A stretch of DNA of 64,000 nucleotides, taken from the IMG/VR virus record IMGVR_UViG_3300048881_000780. One strand, written 5' to 3'. Source of the DNA: a virus. Its lineage: Duplodnaviria; Caudoviricetes. Positions 57,929 to 64,000 of the stretch are shown piece after piece. Below the pieces are notes generated by a model. That model was not told the DNA's origin. It worked only from the letters and a program-made list of their open reading frames with translations, and ran no database searches. The position numbers were made by a program, and so were the translations under genes. Each line of letters starts with the position of its first letter. The first letter of the stretch is position 1.

Positions 57929-58298
57929 TCAAAGATCTAGAGACCTTTTTACATATAGAGATAGAATTGGTCACACTCTTCAGGTAGAGAGATCTTCATT
58001 AACATTAAAAACTTATATCATTAATGACAATAAGGATATTTCTCTAAATATCTCATACGAACTAGAAGGAAACCCAGTGGGAACTCTTAGTGACTTTGAC
58101 GAAAGAATATATGATCACATCGTAAAATACAGGGAAGAATTTGAGAATATCGAGTGGGATAATAATGTATCTGTGCGCAATTTTTATAATGTTCTAAGAT
58201 TATCACAACTTGACCGAGAGGGCCTAATAGTAAACTCTATGGTTCTATCTTCTGGAATGGGTGAAGGCGTAGTACTTATTGATCGTTACACTCAGTAA
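57921..58298 (+). CDS. hypothetical protein, possible TM-less relative of the NPxxNF family
   Basis: ISYEL...FDERIYDHI...NFYNVLRLSQLDREGLIV. Confidence 0.5.
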   Translation: MDSQRSRDLFTYRDRIGHTLQVERSSLTLKTYIINDNKDISLNISYELEGNPVGTLSDFDERIYDHIVKYREEFENIEWDNNVSVRNFYNVLRLSQLDREGLIVNSMVLSSGMGEGVVLIDRYTQ

Positions 58299-58509
58299 GC
58301 GCCTGGACCTCTTCTATAGTTATATAATCCTCCGCATAGAATAATTGAATCATATCGGAAATTTCTTTTTCATTTAAATCATTCATTTGTCTTGTATACT
58401 CTTCTAATCTCGTAGAATCATCCTGATAATCTAACTCTTCTCCAAGATCTGGATTTTTCATATAGTACTGAACTAGAAAGGTTCTTGCTTTATCAAAGTT
58501 GTATTTCAT
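58276..58509 (-). CDS. hypothetical protein
   Basis: GGGAG RBS. Confidence 0.55.
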   Translation of the reverse strand: MKYNFDKARTFLVQYYMKNPDLGEELDYQDDSTRLEEYTRQMNDLNEKEISDMIQLFYAEDYITIEEVQALTECNDQ

Positions 58510-58531
58510 TTTAATTATCTCCCGTCATTCA

Positions 58532-58897
58532 TTAAGATAAAGCTCTCATCCAATCTAGAACTTGATCGTAAGCTAATACCGTACCACCTTCAAGCTTTTT
58601 ACAAGAGTAGATTTTCTTCTCATTCTTATGCTCCAAAGGAGTAATTCCAATATAAGCTCTATCCCAACTGAAAGTCTTTTTTGTATCATTTAAATTATCT
58701 GCTAAAACTTCATCAAATAAATCCCTGGTGCGAAAGAATTTTCCGTTTAGGGTGGACTCAAAGAATTTAACAACTGTATCAATTTGATTAGACGTAAGCT
58801 TTTCTGCATCAAGATAAATAGGTAGTCTTAGCGATATGGGCTGTTTATTATAACTATCAAAAATAATAGTCTCTTCTCTTTTATATTGTGTTTTCAT
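58532..58897 (-). CDS. hypothetical protein
   Basis: GGGGAG RBS. Confidence 0.6.
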   Translation of the reverse strand: MKTQYKREETIIFDSYNKQPISLRLPIYLDAEKLTSNQIDTVVKFFESTLNGKFFRTRDLFDEVLADNLNDTKKTFSWDRAYIGITPLEHKNEKKIYSCKKLEGGTVLAYDQVLDWMRALS

Positions 58898-58935
58898 ATT
58901 CACTCCCCTATTTCTTAATATCAAGTTTATCTTAT

Positions 58936-58977
58936 TTAACCACACGTGTAAACATATTTCTTGACATCACACGTTAA
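58936..58977. promoter_or_regulatory. back-to-back palindromes on divergent promoters
   Basis: TTAACCACACGTGTAAA (58936) and TTGACATCACACGTTAA (58961). Confidence 0.7.
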
Positions 58978-59005
58978 AAAATGTAATATCTATCTAGGGA
59001 GTGTT

Positions 59006-60235
59006 ATGAAAGATAAAATTGAATTTTTAAAAGTTGGTGGCTGTGTACGAGATCACTTACTAGGCAAAACGCCAAAAGATATAGACTATATAGCTTTAGG
59101 TGCGACTAGTGAAGATTTAATAAATATGGGATATAAACTAGTTGGTGAAAAGAAATTTGCAATCTTTTTAAACAGTAAAGGAGAGGAGGTTGCTTTACCT
59201 AGAACAGAGAAGCAAACGGGTAATCCATCTATGGGTAATTTTGAGATTAAAACAGGAGTTCCTTTAGAGGAAGATTTAAAAAGACGCGACCTAACTATAA
59301 ATTCGATGGCAATGAGGCAATTAGAGAATGGAGAATCTGAAATAGTGGATCCATATAATGGTCAAAAAGACCTTGAAAGTAGAGTATTAAGAGCTACGAG
59401 TAAAGCATTTGCAGAAGACCCTTCAAGAGTGCTTAGACTGGCTAGATTTAAGGCCGAACTGAATTTTAGTATTACGAAAGGGACTCTTAAGATGGCCCGC
59501 CGGATGACTAAAACAGAAGGTTATAAAAATATTCCTTATGAGTTCGTCTTAAAAGAATTAAAAAAGGTATCTCAACTTGATGACCCTACCCCATTTTTTG
59601 AAGTATTATCTGATGTTGACGGTCTTGATCTTATTTATAAAGGTCTACAGAATGCTGCAAATGTTTCTCAACCAATAATCCATCATCCAGAGGGAGATGT
59701 TTTCTCTCATATTAAATTAGTAGTAAAAAGAGCTATGGATTTATCTTTTGGTCTATCTACGGATGATAGATTTTCTATTTTCCTTGCTTGCTTATTCCAT
59801 GATATTGGAAAATCATATACTGCCAAAGAGTTGCTACCAGCTCATCATGATCACGACGAGAGAGGGGCTAAATACTTAGAAGAGAACCTAAAGAAAGTAC
59901 TCCCTAAGAATATTTTTAAGCTATGTCACTTTGTTGCTAAAAATCATATTAAATGTCATAGAATAAAGGAATTAAGGGCCAGCACAATAGTTAAACTTAT
60001 TGATAGTGCCAGAGGCGTAAATCCTCTACTTTTGAAAATATGTCTACAGGCAGATGCCCAAGGTAGAAAAGGTCTAGAATCTAAAACATATGAACAAGGA
60101 AGAATCCTTCTAGAATGCTTTGAGGTACTTTCAAGATCATTCAAAACTGGAGATATCAAACATTTAAAAGGAGAGCAAATTAGGCAAAGAATACATCAAG
60201 AAAAGGTTAGAAGAATAAAAATGATTGAACGATAA
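59006..60235 (+). CDS. cca: class II tRNA nucleotidyltransferase (CCA-adding enzyme) with HD domain
   Basis: VGGCVRD.LLG..PKDID, RRDLTINSMA, EDPSRVLRLARF, HHPEGDVFSH, LFHDIGK. Confidence 0.92.
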   Translation: MKDKIEFLKVGGCVRDHLLGKTPKDIDYIALGATSEDLINMGYKLVGEKKFAIFLNSKGEEVALPRTEKQTGNPSMGNFEIKTGVPLEEDLKRRDLTINSMAMRQLENGESEIVDPYNGQKDLESRVLRATSKAFAEDPSRVLRLARFKAELNFSITKGTLKMARRMTKTEGYKNIPYEFVLKELKKVSQLDDPTPFFEVLSDVDGLDLIYKGLQNAANVSQPIIHHPEGDVFSHIKLVVKRAMDLSFGLSTDDRFSIFLACLFHDIGKSYTAKELLPAHHDHDERGAKYLEENLKKVLPKNIFKLCHFVAKNHIKCHRIKELRASTIVKLIDSARGVNPLLLKICLQADAQGRKGLESKTYEQGRILLECFEVLSRSFKTGDIKHLKGEQIRQRIHQEKVRRIKMIER

Positions 60236-60390
60236 TTACCTACGCTTTTATTATATTGTTACTAATTATGACAATTATTTAAAAACCTACAAAAAAAACA
60301 AATAACCAGGGAGAAAGTTGTAAACGAGTATTAACTCTACGTTAAAGTATAGTAGATATATACGATAAAACAGTTTAAATATTTTATCTC

Positions 60391-60407
60391 TTGACACAAT
60401 ACGTTAA
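60391..60407 (+). promoter_or_regulatory. palindrome/-35
   Basis: TTGACACAATACGTTAA. Confidence 0.7.
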
Positions 60408-60523
60408 ATATGAAACAATGTTTAAAATTCAACCTACAGGAAGTTTCTAAGCTTCGTATCTGAAAAAGATATGAATGGGGAACTATGGAGAAAAATGAAG
60501 TAGAATTTAAATTTATTTAAATA

Positions 60524-60540
60524 TTGACACAATGTGTTAA
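60524..60540 (+). promoter_or_regulatory. palindrome/-35
   Basis: TTGACACAATGTGTTAA, 17 bp to TATCAT. Confidence 0.75.
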
Positions 60541-60573
60541 AACATGTATCATATACCTAAGCGAGGTATTTAT

Positions 60574-61746
60574 ATGATTAAGAGAGAAGACTTTAAAGAG
60601 TTTGTAGAACTAAAAAAAGGTAAAATAAGTACAGTAGATTCTGAATTTAAAAAAGCAGTTCTTGAACAAGCTTATGATAAATTTCAAATTGTAGAAAGAA
60701 GAGATTATCAAGAAGATTCGATCTTTCAAGCTCTCACGTATAATATGCTTGGATTAAAACCATTAATTCTAGCACCTACTGGAAGTGGTAAAACACTAAT
60801 GGGTATGATTACGGCAAATATGCTAAGTGAACTTACTGGAAACGATATTTCGTGGTGTGCTCCTAAAAAAGTGCTACTAGCTCAGGCCTTAGAGGACGCT
60901 GAAAAATTTGGTGTAAATATAAATACTCAATCATTATTTCAAAACGTAAATACGCTTAAGGGTGCAGGAATCTCTATTGAGGACGAGGCCCATCGTCAGG
61001 TATGCTCTACTGGCCTTAGCTTTAGAGAAAAAGTTCAACCAATGTACCTGAGAGAAGAAAATAAGAGTCGCTATCAATCCCTTGGTTTATCTGCCACTCC
61101 GGTAAGATTAGATAAGGCCTCTTTGTTTTATGATTTATTTATAAAAGAAGTATCTACAGGTGAGCTTGTAAAACGTGGAGTTCTATCATCATTTAACTAT
61201 TATAGGGCCCATTTAGATTGGACTCCTGAGAGTCTATGCGAAATGTACCTGAAAGACGCTAGTAAATGGGGTAAGACGATAATTTTCACAAAGACAATCG
61301 CTGACTCTAAGAAGCTAACTGAGCTATTAATTAAAAATGGTGTTAAAGCTTGTGAAGTTCATTCTAAAATGAGTGAAAGTGACCAAGATCAATCAATAGT
61401 TGGATTAAAGAGCGGTGAATTTGATGTACTAGTAAATGTAGATATTCTTAAAGAGGGATTCGATTATCCTGATTTAAAGACTGTGTTTATGAAACCAAGC
61501 TCGAAAGGTTTAACTATTCAAATGGGTGGACGAGTTTTAAGAAAGAGTAATAACTTCTCATTAAAAAATATCATTCAAGGTATGGTTTCTAAAAGTCATA
61601 TCTATAAGTACTCCAATGAAGCGGAAGCTGATTCAATATTTGACATTAAGAAAACTTCAAAAGGAAGTATTGAAATTACTGATAGTGGTATGCTCAAATT
61701 ATCAGATGGTCTATTTCTAGCAACTCAAATAATGCAATTTGATTAA
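60574..61746 (+). CDS. superfamily 2 DEAH helicase (ResIII-like)
   Basis: RDYQ, APTGSGKT, DEAH, LSATP, LKEGFDYP, QMGGRVLR. Confidence 0.9.
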   Translation: MIKREDFKEFVELKKGKISTVDSEFKKAVLEQAYDKFQIVERRDYQEDSIFQALTYNMLGLKPLILAPTGSGKTLMGMITANMLSELTGNDISWCAPKKVLLAQALEDAEKFGVNINTQSLFQNVNTLKGAGISIEDEAHRQVCSTGLSFREKVQPMYLREENKSRYQSLGLSATPVRLDKASLFYDLFIKEVSTGELVKRGVLSSFNYYRAHLDWTPESLCEMYLKDASKWGKTIIFTKTIADSKKLTELLIKNGVKACEVHSKMSESDQDQSIVGLKSGEFDVLVNVDILKEGFDYPDLKTVFMKPSSKGLTIQMGGRVLRKSNNFSLKNIIQGMVSKSHIYKYSNEAEADSIFDIKKTSKGSIEITDSGMLKLSDGLFLATQIMQFD

Positions 61747-61780
61747 TTCATAAGTTGTTGTTTTATCAAAACTTCCCCTT

Positions 61781-61806
61781 GGCACATAGAATCCTATGTG
61801 CCTTTT
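61781..61806 (+). terminator. Rho-independent terminator
   Basis: GGCACATAG-AATC-CTATGTGCC-TTTT. Confidence 0.75.
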
Positions 61807-61908
61807 CTACTTTTACTACATTTTAAATAGAGGTTTTAGTTAGTGAGATTGATAAGAAACTTGCTTAAAATAAATATAACAAAAAGTGTTAAATAATAAA
61901 TTTAATAC

Positions 61909-61925
61909 TTGACACTATGTGTCAA
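61909..61925 (+). promoter_or_regulatory. palindrome/-35 (a second site lies at 61876-61892)
   Basis: TTGACACTATGTGTCAA. Confidence 0.75.
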
Positions 61926-61956
61926 CTATTGTAATATATATTCAAGCGAGGTGAAT

Positions 61957-63129
61957 ATGACAAATTTAAAGGTTCCTAAGTTAGAAGTTTTTAATAGAAA
62001 TCTAGATAATCTACATATTTCTGAAGTTGGGGATTCTCAATTTAGATTATTCGATAAAGAATCCGGTTCTCATATTGAATGTTCAAGAACATTTATTTCT
62101 TCATTTAGAAGATTAATGGGAATTACTGCTCAAAACTACTCATTTAATGAACATTCAGCTAGAGATATTTCTTTTTCTTTTCTTGAGCACTTCAACAGGG
62201 CTCAAAGTAAGTATGGTAGAGAAAACTTTCAACTAGCAACACTAAATGGAAAAGCCGTTAATTTAATGGAGAAATCTGACTCATATTTAAAAAGTGAACA
62301 AGTGCAAGAATTTGTAGATAAAATTACTGATGGAAAATCTCAGGCGATCACTGAATTTAATGTAGATAATAGAAATAATTTAAATATCACATTTAATAGA
62401 GAAGAATACGCAGGAAATTCTTTTTCAGTTAGTGGTGAGGATTTTGAAGCTGTTTTAAAAATGAAAATTCCTCTACATGCTACATCAACGACTATGGCCA
62501 AATATTATATTGAGTCAGTAAGATTAGCTTGTTTAAATGGAATGATAGGGACAAGTGATGCTCAGGTGGCCAATGTTAAATACTCAAGTAATGAAACTGT
62601 GCAAGCTCTTATGAAGTCATTAGAGCAAAAGAGAAATCCAATGCCAGAAGAAATCGAAGAGATAGCTGAAACTTTTAAATTTTTAAGAACGGCTAATCCT
62701 CATGTTGGGTTAATTTACAAAGTATTTAAGAGCTTGAATATAAGTGAGAACTTAAAGCCATACGCTGTAGAACTTGCTAATAAGTTTGGTCTAAATAGAT
62801 ATGATGTTAGTCAAAAAGAATGTCACAATGCGCCTACTATTAAAAATGGTGCTCTTGTTGCTAAGAAAGAAAATTTAGTCTCAGCATACGAAGTTTATAA
62901 CTTTTTAACAGAAGTTAATACTCATGGTGTTGGGGAATTTAGAGAGCAATTTGATAATGATGATAGGAGAAGACTACACCTAGCTTGTAAGACTCTTTTA
63001 AATACTAAAAATTATGTTTTTAGAGGTGCAGTTGATGACAAAAGAGATTACGATGATTTCTATGTTGACCATAATCCTTTTGAAAAAGCGAATAAATTAG
63101 CTAACTCTGAGTCAAAAGACTCGGAGTAA
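61957..63129 (+). CDS. DUF932-like protein
   Basis: RLACLNGM motif; SAYEVYNFLTE..TH. Confidence 0.65.
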   Translation: MTNLKVPKLEVFNRNLDNLHISEVGDSQFRLFDKESGSHIECSRTFISSFRRLMGITAQNYSFNEHSARDISFSFLEHFNRAQSKYGRENFQLATLNGKAVNLMEKSDSYLKSEQVQEFVDKITDGKSQAITEFNVDNRNNLNITFNREEYAGNSFSVSGEDFEAVLKMKIPLHATSTTMAKYYIESVRLACLNGMIGTSDAQVANVKYSSNETVQALMKSLEQKRNPMPEEIEEIAETFKFLRTANPHVGLIYKVFKSLNISENLKPYAVELANKFGLNRYDVSQKECHNAPTIKNGALVAKKENLVSAYEVYNFLTEVNTHGVGEFREQFDNDDRRRLHLACKTLLNTKNYVFRGAVDDKRDYDDFYVDHNPFEKANKLANSESKDSE

Positions 63130-63160
63130 TTTAAGAGAATTTTTAATTAAGGGGAAATAT

Positions 63161-63646
63161 ATGTGTAACAAGAAATGTCCAATAGACCCAAGTCACGAAG
63201 TCGTTGAAGTACAAATGGTATTCTCATCGTATCATAAATGTAAAGTTTGTAACGAGGATATTGAATATTTAGAGGAAGTGCAGGCATTACAGGTCAGTAA
63301 CCCGAACCCGACAAGCAATACAACTTCTCCAACTATGCCATCAAATCAACCAACACCAGTGACAGTTGGTAGAACATATCAAGCTCTACAATCTGGACTT
63401 GATAGAATATTGCATTATGTAGACAATATTAATGACATTGCAGGCCTTAATCAAAATGACCTGATCGCTTGCCAAGTTGAGATTTTGGAGATTTATCAAA
63501 GGATTTCAAACTCTCATTTACAGCTAAAATTTAATGGAAAACATTGTGATGATTTATCAAAAGTTCAAGTTTTATGCTTACAACTTCTTGCTGAAATTGA
63601 AGTCACAGCTAACTCAATAGGAATGAAACAAATGGCCTCCCCCTAG
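63161..63646 (+). CDS. hypothetical protein with N-terminal zinc ribbon
   Basis: CP....H...CKVC, P/T-rich linker. Confidence 0.6.
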   Translation: MCNKKCPIDPSHEVVEVQMVFSSYHKCKVCNEDIEYLEEVQALQVSNPNPTSNTTSPTMPSNQPTPVTVGRTYQALQSGLDRILHYVDNINDIAGLNQNDLIACQVEILEIYQRISNSHLQLKFNGKHCDDLSKVQVLCLQLLAEIEVTANSIGMKQMASP

Positions 63647-63754
63647 GCCATTTATATGAAAGTTGAATCTCTAGTTCTCCCCAATAACCCGCTTAACTAG
63701 AGATTTAACTTTCATTATTTTCTGAAAAAAAGAGTAATAATTGCATTTTTTTTC

Positions 63755-63771
63755 TTGACATGATACGTTAA
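63755..63771 (+). promoter_or_regulatory. palindrome/-35
   Basis: TTGACATGATACGTTAA, 17 bp to GATAAT. Confidence 0.7.
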
Positions 63772-63882
63772 AAATGAGATAATTAATTAACAAATAAACG
63801 GAGCGAAATATGAAGAAGACAATTTTTGATTAACACATAAAACAAAATTCCAGCTGATCACCATGTCAATTTATGGTTGATT

Positions 63883-64000
63883 TGGAACCCGAGAAAGGGC
63901 CGAGTGGAACCCGAGAAAGGGCCGAGTGGAACCCGAGAAAGGGCCGAGTGGAACCCGAGAAAGGGCCGAGTGGAACCCGAGAAAGGGCCGAGTGGAACCC
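63883..64000. repeat. perfect 22-bp GC-rich tandem repeat, 5 full copies + 8 bp, runs off the window
   Basis: TGGAACCCGAGAAAGGGCCGAG. Confidence 0.95.

Noticed and set aside
11382-61956. Apparent shared N-terminal peptide MT(H/Q/S/L)xV on several track ORFs (11382, 16061, 19383, 58961, 61909)
   Set aside because: Artefact of calling the TTG of the -35/palindrome as a start codon. The real ATG starts with RBS lie 45-51 nt downstream.
63873-64000. Open frame from ATG at 63873 through the 22-bp array
   Set aside because: Openness is trivial because the unit has no stop in any frame; 22 is not a multiple of 3 and no RBS is evident

Overview
AT-rich (roughly 30% GC by eye), densely packed window of mostly short hypothetical ORFs with sigma70-type promoters and frequent strand switches. 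No rRNA, tRNA, CRISPR array, virion structural genes or host housekeeping operons were seen. The recognisable genes are an NAD-dependent DNA ligase, a CCA-adding enzyme, an HD alarmone-hydrolase-like protein, two HAD phosphatases, two PAPS-reductase-family proteins, DUF262, a DUF2779 nuclease, an SF2 helicase and DUF932. This content fits the accessory/early region of a jumbo phage or giant extrachromosomal element (inference). All family names were recognised by eye, not by search. Main unexplained structure: (1) eight intact proteins plus one pseudogene, from at least two unrelated families, end in the same C-terminal motif N-x-W-[LI]-x-[SA]-[LI]. (2) Two paralogous genes each have a ~150-nt leader with shared sequence, shared spacing and a covarying stem, a candidate new structured RNA-protein module. 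(3) A 17-bp palindrome TT(G/A)AC-N7-GTTAA sits on or next to about 25 promoters, a probable element-wide regulon. (4) Three GGTTTAC-NN-GTAAACC palindromes and an iteron-like array surround a putative DNA-binding gene. (5) Three nucleotidyltransferase + HTH gene pairs. (6) An in-frame TGA at a Cys position in a duplicated gene triplet. (7) A GC-rich perfect 22-bp tandem array at the window end.
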